A stretch of DNA of 64,000 bases from a virus, in the IMG/VR virus record IMGVR_UViG_3300022752_005671, positions 64,001 to 128,000 of that record. The stretch is one strand, 5' to 3'. The notes under the pieces were generated by a model. That model was not told where the DNA came from. It worked only from the letters and a program-made list of their open reading frames with translations, and did no database searches. This document shows, one piece after another, positions 1 through 9,538 of the stretch. Position 1 is the stretch's first letter; each line of letters opens with the position of its first letter. The position numbers were made by a program, and so were the translations under genes.

Positions 1-93
1 CGTGACCAGACTCTATCAATCCCATTGCCAATCTTTTTGCAAAGGAGTTTGGTCCAGTTGTTGAACTCATGTTAACATTGTCTAAATGTACTT

Positions 94-462
94 TCATGAT
101 CTCTTTTTTACTTCTTGTATAAACGGAATTGCAAATGGAGTTTTATTAAACATCATAGCCATAAGAGCTAATTCTTTCGTGTTTATGTTTGAAAGATTAG
201 CTCTTTGAGTAAAAATGTTTGGATCAAGCTCTTGTCCTCCATTAATTGTAACTGAATCATAGTACATTTGTGCAATAAAATTTACAGATTCATTGCTCAA
301 AGGAATAGAAGATTCTTTGACAACTTCAGATAAAGAAAAGAATATATCCTGATAAATCTCAGAACAAGCTTGCGAAGTTAATTTTTCACCTTTTCTTCTT
401 AATAGACGTTCTACTAATAATTTTGAAATTGAGTCGTGAAGAGCTTCGCCTTGTTGCATCAT
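94..462 (-). CDS. hypothetical protein
   Basis: 122-aa ORF whose start overlaps the stop of the upstream glycosyltransferase by 4 nt, suggesting translational coupling; no motif recognised. Confidence 0.7.
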   Translation of the reverse strand: MMQQGEALHDSISKLLVERLLRRKGEKLTSQACSEIYQDIFFSLSEVVKESSIPLSNESVNFIAQMYYDSVTINGGQELDPNIFTQRANLSNINTKELALMAMMFNKTPFAIPFIQEVKKRS

Positions 463-1196
463 TTTACATACCCTCTATTTCTCATAAAAACTGCTTCATC
501 TCTTTGAAAAAGAGCATCATTAGTTTGATAAGTTTCTGGAATATCATTTATTGTATAATGATACATTACTCTTGGTAAGAAAACTCTTTTTTTAGAGTGA
601 TGTAACGCTGGTAAATAAATTGCCTGATCGCCGGCTCTTCTTATATAATTTCCGTCTTCACCACGATAGTTTTCATCTTTGACGTCATTCAATAATTTTT
701 TTCTAAAAGTTTTTAAATGACTTGTAACCCATGGATGTTTATAAGGGTCTGAATCTTGTGACATCGGACCGCTTATATTTTTATCGCTGAATCCCCACCT
801 GTGAGCAGTCCACAAAATATCGCAATTGCTTTGTTGATAAACTGCATCGATGATGGATAAAGCATCTAATTCAGTTAACCAATCATCAGCATCAATTCTG
901 CAAATGATATCGTCATCATTGCACATTGAAATTCCAGTTAAAACATTTGAAACTTCCCATTTTTTTTCTGAATTCCAAATATTAATAATCTTTTTTGAAT
1001 ACTCGCTGTTCAAAATAGATTTAAATTCATTACAAATTTTTTTTGATTCTTCTAAATGATCAGACGAAGAAACATCATCAATTAAAATCAATTTCCAGTT
1101 TTCATGAGATTGACCACAAATAGAATGAAGCATTCTTGACAACGTTTTAGAAGCGTTGTACATAGGAGAAATAAATACGAAGTTATTTTTTAACAT
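459..1196 (-). CDS. GT2-family (GT-A fold) glycosyltransferase
   Basis: N-terminal ISPMYNAS..LILIDDVSS and RIDADDWL (DxD) motifs typical of GT2. Confidence 0.85.
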   Translation of the reverse strand: MLKNNFVFISPMYNASKTLSRMLHSICGQSHENWKLILIDDVSSSDHLEESKKICNEFKSILNSEYSKKIINIWNSEKKWEVSNVLTGISMCNDDDIICRIDADDWLTELDALSIIDAVYQQSNCDILWTAHRWGFSDKNISGPMSQDSDPYKHPWVTSHLKTFRKKLLNDVKDENYRGEDGNYIRRAGDQAIYLPALHHSKKRVFLPRVMYHYTINDIPETYQTNDALFQRDEAVFMRNRGYVK

Positions 1197-1211
1197 ATAA
1201 ATCTTATTTCA

Positions 1212-1952
1212 CTATAAGATAGAATCTTTATCACTTTCATTCCACAACATTTCATTTGCTTTTCTATAAGATTCTTGAGTTCCAGCATCAATCCATCCGC
1301 AATTGATATCAACGACTTTTCCATTTCTGTTTTTCACAAACCAGGAACTAACATCGCTAATTTCATACTCTCCTCTTGCCGAAGGTTTTAATGTGTCAAT
1401 TACTTCAAATGCTTCGCTAGTGTAACAATATAATCCTACGATAGCTTTATCGCTGGGAGGATTTTTTGGTTTTTCAATTATGTCTATAACATTGCCTTTT
1501 TTGTCATATTCAGGAACTCCAAACCTATGAGGATCTGGTACTGATTTGGCAAATAATTTAAATGAATCATTAGAGGTTTTAAACTCTTTTATTTCTTTTG
1601 AAATAAGATCATGATCGCTAAAGATATTATCTCCAAGTAGCACGGAAAATTTTTCATCTCCACAAAATACTTTACAAAGATTAAGAGCTGCGGCTATTCC
1701 ATTCGCTTTATCTTGGACTCTATAAGTCATAGAGCAATTTAAATGTTCACCTGAACCTAATGAAGATATGACTTGTCCAGCATGATCAGTTCCAGTAATA
1801 AGCATGATGTCTTGGATTCCAGAAGAAGTAAATAAATCAATCATTCTGTAAACCATAGGAACACCTGCTACTGGAAGCAAGCATTTATTGGTGGCTTTTG
1901 TTAAAGGATATAGCCGGCTTCCTACACCACCTGCAAGTATTATGCCTTTCAT
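1212..1952 (-). CDS. rmlA: sugar-1-phosphate nucleotidyltransferase (RmlA-like glucose-1-phosphate thymidylyltransferase)
   Basis: KGIILAGGVGSRLYPLTKATNKCLLPV, LGDNIF, IIEKP, SARGEYEISD and WIDAGT motifs. Confidence 0.88.
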   Translation of the reverse strand: MKGIILAGGVGSRLYPLTKATNKCLLPVAGVPMVYRMIDLFTSSGIQDIMLITGTDHAGQVISSLGSGEHLNCSMTYRVQDKANGIAAALNLCKVFCGDEKFSVLLGDNIFSDHDLISKEIKEFKTSNDSFKLFAKSVPDPHRFGVPEYDKKGNVIDIIEKPKNPPSDKAIVGLYCYTSEAFEVIDTLKPSARGEYEISDVSSWFVKNRNGKVVDINCGWIDAGTQESYRKANEMLWNESDKDSIL

Positions 1953-3883
1953 TCTTTTTCTCCTAACATGATTTTAGGCTGAGTTCTATTGATTTTCAAA
2001 TGAGGAGTTAAAGTTTTTCCGTCCCATTTTCTATGCCAAATCCATCCACCTAATTTTTCTTTTAATTGTGATGCTTTTTCTGATATCATTTGATCTGTGA
2101 CTTTAGACCATGGAACATCAAACATCATATTTGATTCTGCTGTATCTTCATAAGTTTTCCCTGATAAAGATTCCCAATGCTTCGTCCAATAATCTCTATA
2201 CAGTTTTATTTTTCTTTCTAAATTATACCAGCTGTAATGGAAAACGCAAGGTAAACTATTAACTACGTTATTAAACCATGCATTATATTCTGTCAAAGCT
2301 TTTTCATTTCCTAACATTGCAGCATTTCTTGCTTGATCAGCTTCTGGAGAATAAAAGCTAACATGATTAATTCTTTCACCAGTATTTGAATCTATCATAT
2401 CGCAGCCGTCACCGGCAATTGCATAAAGATTTCCTGATTCATCATACTTGCGAAGATCTTTTGGAATTCCATGAGTAATGTTTTGTTTATTCCTGCTTAA
2501 TCTCCACTTCCATGGCATAATATCTGCTCGAACTTTTTCAGCGCTGCCCCAATACTCAATGACAGGAAGAGAGATTATATCAACGCCTTGTGGAAATTTT
2601 GAACATAAATCGATAATCTTTTGAGCATCATCTTCATGAACAATTTCATCAGAATCCATTTGCCAACAAAATGTTGATTTACACATCGAACGGGCTTCTG
2701 CTTTTTGCATTCCATCAAAAACTGCAAATCTAGGATGTGACCAATCTCTATGAACTTGTTTGATTTTAAGTTTTGATTCTTTTTCAGCTAGTGATTTTAG
2801 CTTTTCCCAAGTTCCATCAGTAGATCCTCCGTCGACGACACAAACTTCTTCGCAAAATGAAAACATTGATTGTATGCATTGTTCGAACGGATATTGTTGC
2901 TTAATGCAATTAAACACAGTAACATACCCGCTGACTGATGGACGGTAATCCATCATCTTTTTTATTCCATTCCAAAATACGTTTGGAGCGGTAAAAAGAT
3001 ATTCTTCTATCGAAGAAATATCGTCTGTCATGAACCATTCTTCTTTTGAATGTTGAACGTTATCATTTAAATGTAGCTTGCAGCCAAGAAGTTTTGCTTC
3101 GATGACCATTCTTGGACATGTATCTTTTCCTTTTGGAAGATAAACAAACCCTTCGGCATTAGAAAGCTTATCTAACATCGTTTCATAAGGAACATTCCAC
3201 ACAACTTCATGATTTTTAGAAGTTTCTTCACACCACTTTTTTGCTAAATCAGCACCTTTTACCCAAGAGTCTGATCCTAAAACTATCCAATTTTTTCTTT
3301 CAGACTTTGATGTTCTAACATGCTCTCTAAGTAACTTGATTGTTCCTAAAGTTTTTTTCGAAAAAACGCTGGATAAAACAACATTATCTTTTTCAGATAA
3401 AAATGGGAACATCCTGAGGTACCAATCTTTTTGAGCCTCTGACATCCACCACAATCCTCTGGACCCATAATAGAAAGCAGATATTAGTTTTCCATTCAAC
3501 TGTTCTTGACAGTCACAAGGTTTTCCTGCGTTTGATTCATGTTTTTCTGGAGATCTATATCGGCAATATTTGTAATCGTATTCTAGGATGCTATATTTCA
3601 AATTTCCTATAATTGTAGGAATTAATTCTGGATTAAGTTGAGAAAAATTCCCAAAGATCCAAAATTTATCTACACCTTGACGCAAAACATCCAAATCGAC
3701 GTCTTTGGCAAGAATTTTTACATGCGGCAAAGGACATTCCTCAATTAACGCCTCGGTCGTTAATTCCGCACCTCCAGTATAGTGTTCAGCAAATAAATCT
3801 GCTATGAAAATTACTTTAGAATTTTCTGGTAATGTAATTTTCGGCTTTTGGACATTAAAAATATTTTCGTTAAAGATGCTCAA
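1949..3883 (-). CDS. two-domain glycosyltransferase (GT-B-like N-terminal half plus GT2 C-terminal half)
   Basis: N-half has FVYLP..DTCPRMVIEAKLLGC (GT4-like); C-half has VTVFNC..VCVVDGGSTDGT and WQMDSDE (GT2). Confidence 0.75.
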   Translation of the reverse strand: MSIFNENIFNVQKPKITLPENSKVIFIADLFAEHYTGGAELTTEALIEECPLPHVKILAKDVDLDVLRQGVDKFWIFGNFSQLNPELIPTIIGNLKYSILEYDYKYCRYRSPEKHESNAGKPCDCQEQLNGKLISAFYYGSRGLWWMSEAQKDWYLRMFPFLSEKDNVVLSSVFSKKTLGTIKLLREHVRTSKSERKNWIVLGSDSWVKGADLAKKWCEETSKNHEVVWNVPYETMLDKLSNAEGFVYLPKGKDTCPRMVIEAKLLGCKLHLNDNVQHSKEEWFMTDDISSIEEYLFTAPNVFWNGIKKMMDYRPSVSGYVTVFNCIKQQYPFEQCIQSMFSFCEEVCVVDGGSTDGTWEKLKSLAEKESKLKIKQVHRDWSHPRFAVFDGMQKAEARSMCKSTFCWQMDSDEIVHEDDAQKIIDLCSKFPQGVDIISLPVIEYWGSAEKVRADIMPWKWRLSRNKQNITHGIPKDLRKYDESGNLYAIAGDGCDMIDSNTGERINHVSFYSPEADQARNAAMLGNEKALTEYNAWFNNVVNSLPCVFHYSWYNLERKIKLYRDYWTKHWESLSGKTYEDTAESNMMFDVPWSKVTDQMISEKASQLKEKLGGWIWHRKWDGKTLTPHLKINRTQPKIMLGEKE

Positions 3884-4024
3884 GTTTTCCTCAAAAACTG
3901 TTGTTAAAGAATATTTAATAAAGATCTAATTTATAAGAAGTATTAATAAGAATTAGATCTAGATTATTAATAGATCTATTGTCTTTATAGATTATTTATA
4001 ATAGCTAAATAAGTGAGGATGTAT

Positions 4025-4633
4025 ATGTCAAGGAAACAAAATTTTGAAAAAAATACATCTCTTAAAAAATTGGCTGGTCGTCCTAGAAAAGATGCAATGC
4101 AAGACGACTTACAACCTCTATCTACAAAAGCAATAGAGAAGATTGAGAATAACTATCGAATCATTTTAGAAATGCAAGATAAAATCTTATCTGCTCCTGC
4201 CATGAATGGTGGATTTACGACTTTAATGTACAAAGTTGAAAACATAGAAAAATCGCAAGGACAACTGGTAGAAAAAGTTGATCAAATTCATGGGGTTTTG
4301 TACGAGCCAGATAATGGGTTATATGCTAGACTAAAGAAAGTAGAAAATGATTGCGCTCCAAGTGAAGTATTAGATGATCTTGAAAAAGATGTTCAAGAAA
4401 TAAAAATTTGGAAAAACTCTGAAGAAAAGCAATCTGAAAAAGAAGAAATTAAAGATTCTGAAAAAGACAAACTTTTGTCAGAACATGAAGCTGTTTTAAA
4501 AGATATACAAAAAAACATATCAAAATATAACGCTGCAGCAAAATGGATAGCTGTTTCTTTAGGTGGTGGATTATTGAGCATGCTCGGAAAATTGATTTAT
4601 GAGTATGTGACAGGACACATAAAAATCGTTTAA
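4025..4633 (+). CDS. coiled-coil protein with a C-terminal transmembrane segment
   Basis: ORF 4013..4633; GAGG at 4015-4018 favours ATG 4025; hydrophobic tail WIAVSLGGGLLSMLGKLIY. Confidence 0.7.
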   Translation: MSRKQNFEKNTSLKKLAGRPRKDAMQDDLQPLSTKAIEKIENNYRIILEMQDKILSAPAMNGGFTTLMYKVENIEKSQGQLVEKVDQIHGVLYEPDNGLYARLKKVENDCAPSEVLDDLEKDVQEIKIWKNSEEKQSEKEEIKDSEKDKLLSEHEAVLKDIQKNISKYNAAAKWIAVSLGGGLLSMLGKLIYEYVTGHIKIV

Positions 4634-4673
4634 TCATTTAAACATTTAGAAAAAAACACATAATAAAGAAATT

Positions 4674-5876
4674 ATGTCTGTTTTTTTTAATGAAGACGTG
4701 TCTTCAAGAATACTTTTTGTTTTAAATAAATCTTTAGAGATTATAGAAAATTCAAAGAATCACGTTATAAACTTTGAAAAAGATAGAATCTTGTCTAAAA
4801 CAGATATTCAAACTTGCATCAATTACAAGTTTGAAGGAGAATTAGAAACTTCTATTCAAAAACTTTTAATTGAGCATGCTTTTAAAGCTGAAAAAATTTC
4901 TCCTGGTGGGTTTAAAAAAACGATAAAGTACTGTAATGATTTGTTTTTTAATAAAAAACATGATTTATTTGTGGAATCAGTTTTTTATCCTACCTTAGAG
5001 AATTTAAGGTGCATAATTAATTCATTTTGTGATGATGAGACTATTTCGAATTTATGTTTTGAAGCAATTCAATTGGCTGGATTTGGTGGGAAAATTTCTA
5101 TAGAAAAAAGCCTAAATTCTTCCACATCTATAGAATTAGTTGATGGCTATTCATTTAAACATGATCCTATAGGATTACAGCCGATAAAATTAAAACAACC
5201 TAGAGTTGTTTGCATAGATGGATATATCGAATCTGTTTCAGAGGTCAATCTACTTTTTGAAGGAGCAGTTCAACTTAAGCATCCTTTAGTTTTAATCTCT
5301 AGAGGCATGCATGAAGATGTATTAAACACTATAAAAGTTAATCGTGACAGAGGCTCGATGTTTGTTTATCCAGTTAAAATTGCTTTTGATTTAAATGGAA
5401 TAAATACGATAACTGATCTATCAACAATTTTAGGAAAACCTCCTGTTTCTTGCAATTTAGGAAATTTAATAAGTTCAACGTCAATTGAAGATTCAGTTGA
5501 AGTAAACGATATTATTATTTCTGGAAATAATTTAACCGTAAGAAATCCAAAAACTAGACATTCAGTTAACTTACACGTCAAATCATTAATAGAGAAAAGA
5601 CAATCTAGCGAAGTAAATGATGTGGAAGATTTATTGTCTTCAAGAATTAAATCTCTTTCTGGAAATTGTGTTATCATTAGACTCCCAGATAACTCAAACT
5701 ATGTAACAACTTCGCAAATAATAGATTATGTTTTAAGAGCTATTAAATCCATGTTGGATTACGGTGTCTTTTTTAAAGAAGAAAAAATTTATCTTTATGG
5801 AAGCTATAAATCTTCAAAAGAGATGTCAGATAAATTTTATTCTTTAATGAAACAAGTTTATGCGTATGTAGATTAA
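4674..5876 (+). CDS. degenerate GroEL/Cpn60-like chaperonin domain protein
   Basis: AIQLAGFGGKISIEK..ELVDGYSF..PRVVCIDGYIESVSEV..PLVLISRG..DLSTILG aligns by eye to the GroEL intermediate and apical domains; the GDGTTT motif is absent. Confidence 0.7.
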   Translation: MSVFFNEDVSSRILFVLNKSLEIIENSKNHVINFEKDRILSKTDIQTCINYKFEGELETSIQKLLIEHAFKAEKISPGGFKKTIKYCNDLFFNKKHDLFVESVFYPTLENLRCIINSFCDDETISNLCFEAIQLAGFGGKISIEKSLNSSTSIELVDGYSFKHDPIGLQPIKLKQPRVVCIDGYIESVSEVNLLFEGAVQLKHPLVLISRGMHEDVLNTIKVNRDRGSMFVYPVKIAFDLNGINTITDLSTILGKPPVSCNLGNLISSTSIEDSVEVNDIIISGNNLTVRNPKTRHSVNLHVKSLIEKRQSSEVNDVEDLLSSRIKSLSGNCVIIRLPDNSNYVTTSQIIDYVLRAIKSMLDYGVFFKEEKIYLYGSYKSSKEMSDKFYSLMKQVYAYVD

Positions 5877-5929
5877 ACTTTCTAATATTTCTTTATTTAC
5901 TTTTTCTACATTATGCGTAACATATAAAC

Positions 5930-6184
5930 ATGTCGAATATAAATCTTGATAAAACGTCTTGGGAATTAGTTGAAGTCTTAAAGGACACAGCAAAAAAGAA
6001 TCTTCTTAATGCTGTAAAAAACGAACAATTAAAGGTTGATCAAGAAGTTTTACCAAAATTATTTTCTTTAATTGATTCTTCAATGTCAGAAGGATATAAC
6101 AAAAGTTATAAAGTTTTTTCAGAAAAGTTTTTACAAGCCAGTAAGCAGGTATCTTCGCAGGAACCTTTAAAAAAAAGAAAGTAA
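5930..6184 (+). CDS. hypothetical protein
   Basis: 84-aa ORF in a co-directional gene run. Confidence 0.6.
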   Translation: MSNINLDKTSWELVEVLKDTAKKNLLNAVKNEQLKVDQEVLPKLFSLIDSSMSEGYNKSYKVFSEKFLQASKQVSSQEPLKKRK

Positions 6185-6200
6185 ATTTTTTTAAATCTTT

Positions 6201-6677
6201 ATGGCTATCTATGGTCAAAAACATTTGATAAAGTGTAGGTGTGTTTTACCTCAATTTAAAAATTCTTCAGATCCAGAAAAGAAACAACATCGATTTACGG
6301 TTTTTTCCGAAATCACTGATGATGTCGTAAAGCAAAAATTTGCGCAATGTAATAATTGCGGATTAGTACATAAAGTTACAGATATTTGTACTTCTGAAAT
6401 AATGACTGGCAAAGAATCGATGGGATCAATTTTATCAATCGATGATATTAAACCTGGATTACATCCGTCTCTAGTTTCAATATTAGAAAGACATCAGTGC
6501 GATCTTCCTACATGGGAGCATGCACAACATATTGTAGAAAATAAAAAATGGGGAGATATTGTCATTTTAACTAGCGATCTTGAAGAAGACGTGAAAAATA
6601 TCAAGTATGTTAGAATTTTGGGAGAAACGCTTTATAAAGTTGATTCTCATTCAAGAAAAGAATTAATCGGTGTATAA
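6201..6677 (+). CDS. hypothetical protein, possible Zn-binding
   Basis: CRC and CNNCG motifs; lies in operon context. Confidence 0.65.
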   Translation: MAIYGQKHLIKCRCVLPQFKNSSDPEKKQHRFTVFSEITDDVVKQKFAQCNNCGLVHKVTDICTSEIMTGKESMGSILSIDDIKPGLHPSLVSILERHQCDLPTWEHAQHIVENKKWGDIVILTSDLEEDVKNIKYVRILGETLYKVDSHSRKELIGV

Positions 6678-6918
6678 AATGCATTATGGGCAATTAACTT
6701 CAGAAAAGTTAGCAAAAGAAAACGAAGACTGTAGAAGAATAGTAAAAGAAATCCTAAATGTAGGAATGTCTCAAAGACAACATATGTTTCTTATTTATTT
6801 ACTTTCTTTAGAGTTAGAAAACATTGAATACGTGCAAGCTTTGGCTGAGCTAATTAAAGAAATAGCTGGAGATCAAATTTTTATTTCAAAGAGAGAAGAC
6901 AATGGGACGATCAGCTGA
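6670..6918 (+). CDS. hypothetical protein
   Basis: overlaps both neighbouring genes, suggesting translational coupling. Confidence 0.6.
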   Translation: MYKMHYGQLTSEKLAKENEDCRRIVKEILNVGMSQRQHMFLIYLLSLELENIEYVQALAELIKEIAGDQIFISKREDNGTIS

Positions 6919-7507
6919 ACCTCAAAATTCTAGACTAGCTCCGAGTAGAAAATCAAATTCTGATGATCACGATGCAGCGATACTAATGTCTCCAAGCGAA
7001 GATTCTAGAATCGTTGTTTTATATGGAGGGGTCAGCGAGCAATCAATTGCTGCAACAATAGTTCAGCTTTTATATCTTGCAAATCAAAATCATAAACCAA
7101 TTCATCTAGTAGTTTCCACTTATGGTGGATCAGTAGATGAAATGTTCTCTCTTTATGACACTATTAAATTTTTACCATGTCCAGTTCATACAATTGCTTT
7201 AGGAAAAGTCATGTCCGCCGGCGTTCTTCTTCTTGCTTCCGGTGTTAAAGGAAAAAGAATGATAGGATCTTCTGCTAGGTTAATGATGCATCCTATTTCA
7301 GGTGGATTTTATGGAAATGTTTTTGAATCAGTCAACGAAACCAATGAACATAAAAGATTACATCATTTGATGACAACTGCTCTTCAAAATGAAACAAAGA
7401 TGACAGTCGAACAAATCGAATCAATTATGAAATCAGGACACGACTATTATCTAACTCCTGAAGATGCTATTAAACTTGGAATCGTTGACAAAATTATCGG
7501 TAAATGA
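6902..7507 (+). CDS. clpP: ATP-dependent Clp protease proteolytic subunit
   Basis: STYGGSV, GKVMSAG (Ser), LMMHPISGG (His) and HDYYLTPEDAIKLGIVDKII (Asp): catalytic triad positions retained. Confidence 0.9.
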   Translation: MGRSAEPQNSRLAPSRKSNSDDHDAAILMSPSEDSRIVVLYGGVSEQSIAATIVQLLYLANQNHKPIHLVVSTYGGSVDEMFSLYDTIKFLPCPVHTIALGKVMSAGVLLLASGVKGKRMIGSSARLMMHPISGGFYGNVFESVNETNEHKRLHHLMTTALQNETKMTVEQIESIMKSGHDYYLTPEDAIKLGIVDKIIGK

Positions 7508-7546
7508 TAGTGTAATGTTCACAAACTAAGATATACTTTTGTATGC

Positions 7547-9193
7547 ATGCCTGCGTATGATTACAAAAAGTACTTTCCTTTTGAAAAAGTAAGGAAAGAA
7601 CAAGCTTCTGCAATTGAATTTGCTATTGATGCTTATGAATCTGGAAAAAGATATGTAGTTCTAGAACTTGGAACCGGCGTAGGAAAATCTGCAATAGGAA
7701 TTACAATTGCTAGGTATATGGAATCACATGCACCTGCAATGAGAAATGCAGATGGCGATTTAATGACAGGTGCTTATGTCATTACAACGCAAAAAATCTT
7801 ACAAGAACAATACCTAAGAGATTTTGGAGGCGGACCGAACAAAACATGTTTGGTTAGATCCATCAAGTCTAGTTCAAACTATCAATGTTCTTTTTATCCT
7901 GATCAATCTTGCGCTGAATCGAGGCGAATTTTAAGCAGCCTATCAAAACAGCTAAGCGGAACAGAGTTTCAAAAGCAATGTAAGAATCAATGTCCATATG
8001 GATTGGAAAAGCAAGAATTTATTGATTCTCCAATTTCTGTCACAAACTTTTCTTATTTTCTTGCTGAGACGATGTATGCAGGAAAGCTTGAACCGCGAGC
8101 ATTATTAATTGTTGATGAAGCTCATAATACAGAAACAGAGTTAGGAAAATTTATCGAAGTTACATTTTCTGAAAAGTTTGCAAAAGACGTGCTTAAGTGC
8201 AAACTTCCAAAGCTAATGGATCAAACTTCAGTTTATGATTGGATTTGTAAAGTTTATAAGAAATCAGTTTCAAAATATATTAAAGAACTTGAAAAAAATC
8301 TTGTAAAACTAAGCGGTGATATTGAAGGTTATGGAACTTTTTCAAAACAGTATGAAATGTTAGATAAACACATCTGCAAAATTAATAGGTTCATCGAAGT
8401 CTATAAACCTAGCAATTGGATCATGAATGTTTCTTACCCTTCTCCTGACAACAAGAAGGCCGGTAAAAAATTTGAATTTAAACCGATTGATGTTTCACCA
8501 TATAGTAATGATGTATTTTTTAAACATGGTGCAAGAGTTCTTATGATGTCAGCTACCATAGTTGATAAAGATATTTTTTGTGAATCATTAGGAATTAAAA
8601 AAGAAGATATAGCATTTTTAAACATATCTTCTCCATTTCCAATTGAGAATAGACCGATTCACTTCATTCCAGTAGGATCAATGTCAAAAAATAACATTGA
8701 TAAAACCTTACCAGTAATGGCTGAAACAGTCAGGATGTTGTTAGAAAAACATTCAAAAGAAAAAGGAATAATTCATTGTGCAAATTATAAAGTTGCAAAA
8801 TTTATTAATGATCAACTAAATGATCCTCGTCTGCTAATGCATGATTCTACTAATAGAGACCAAATGTTGAAATTTCATGTTGAATCAAAAGATCCTACTA
8901 TTCTATTGAGCCCTTCTATGATGGAAGGTGTAGATTTAAAAGACGATCATAGTAGATTTCAAATTATTTGTAAAGTTCCTTTTCCTTACTTAGGAGATCT
9001 TGTTATTCAAAAAAGAATGGAAAAAAACCAATTTTGGTATCCTTATATGACCGCAAAGTCTGTCATACAATCGTTAGGTCGTTCAATAAGAAATGAAAAT
9101 GATTTTGCGATATCATACATTCTTGATTCGGATTGGGAACGTTTCTATAAAATGAATCGATCAATGTTTCCAAAAGATTTTTTGGTATCATAA
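7547..9193 (+). CDS. DinG/XPD-family SF2 helicase with a Cys (Fe-S-type) cluster
   Basis: Walker A GTGVGKS, Cys cluster (YQC..SC..QC..QCPY), LIVDEAHN, C-terminal EGVDLKDDHSRFQIICKVPFP and QSLGRSIR. Confidence 0.88.
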   Translation: MPAYDYKKYFPFEKVRKEQASAIEFAIDAYESGKRYVVLELGTGVGKSAIGITIARYMESHAPAMRNADGDLMTGAYVITTQKILQEQYLRDFGGGPNKTCLVRSIKSSSNYQCSFYPDQSCAESRRILSSLSKQLSGTEFQKQCKNQCPYGLEKQEFIDSPISVTNFSYFLAETMYAGKLEPRALLIVDEAHNTETELGKFIEVTFSEKFAKDVLKCKLPKLMDQTSVYDWICKVYKKSVSKYIKELEKNLVKLSGDIEGYGTFSKQYEMLDKHICKINRFIEVYKPSNWIMNVSYPSPDNKKAGKKFEFKPIDVSPYSNDVFFKHGARVLMMSATIVDKDIFCESLGIKKEDIAFLNISSPFPIENRPIHFIPVGSMSKNNIDKTLPVMAETVRMLLEKHSKEKGIIHCANYKVAKFINDQLNDPRLLMHDSTNRDQMLKFHVESKDPTILLSPSMMEGVDLKDDHSRFQIICKVPFPYLGDLVIQKRMEKNQFWYPYMTAKSVIQSLGRSIRNENDFAISYILDSDWERFYKMNRSMFPKDFLVS

Positions 9194-9244
9194 TTTTACT
9201 CCTGATTCGTGATGCCTATATTTTCGCAAGGAGGATAATCCAAT

Positions 9245-9445
9245 ATGTCAGAAAATGAAGTTTTAGCAAAGTGGTCAGATCTTAAGTCTCTTGTTGAGTC
9301 TCTTGAGCATGATGTTGCAAAGAATGCCAAAGGAACAGCAGCTGCAGGCGTCAGAGTTCGTAAAGGACTGCGCGACCTTAAGACAAAAGCTGGTGAGCTT
9401 GTGAAGCTTACTCTTACCTTAGACAAGACAAAGAAGAAAGACTGA
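9245..9445 (+). CDS. histone H1-like protein, Hc1 family
   Basis: 66 aa; KNAKGTAAAGVRVRKGLRDLK resembles the Hc1 core (KGNKAA.QR.RK....L.K); strong RBS (AGGAGG) and its own terminator. Confidence 0.7.
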   Translation: MSENEVLAKWSDLKSLVESLEHDVAKNAKGTAAAGVRVRKGLRDLKTKAGELVKLTLTLDKTKKKD

Positions 9446-9472
9446 TTACCAAAATTGGTTGTTGTTTTTAAT

Positions 9473-9506
9473 GGGATACATATATTAACATGTGTATCCC
9501 TTTTTT
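9473..9506 (+). terminator. intrinsic terminator after the Hc1-like gene
   Basis: GGGATACA...TGTATCCC stem followed by TTTTTT. Confidence 0.75.
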
Positions 9507-9538
9507 ATTTAAAAAAGCAAAATTATGACGAGGTATAA

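Noticed and set aside
9454-9467. 14-nt sequence ATTGGTTGTTGTTT also present at 54641-54654
   Set aside because: It is a low-complexity GTT repeat in a different orientation relative to the neighbouring genes (3' of one, antisense in the 5' leader of the other); a chance match is plausible in 64 kb.
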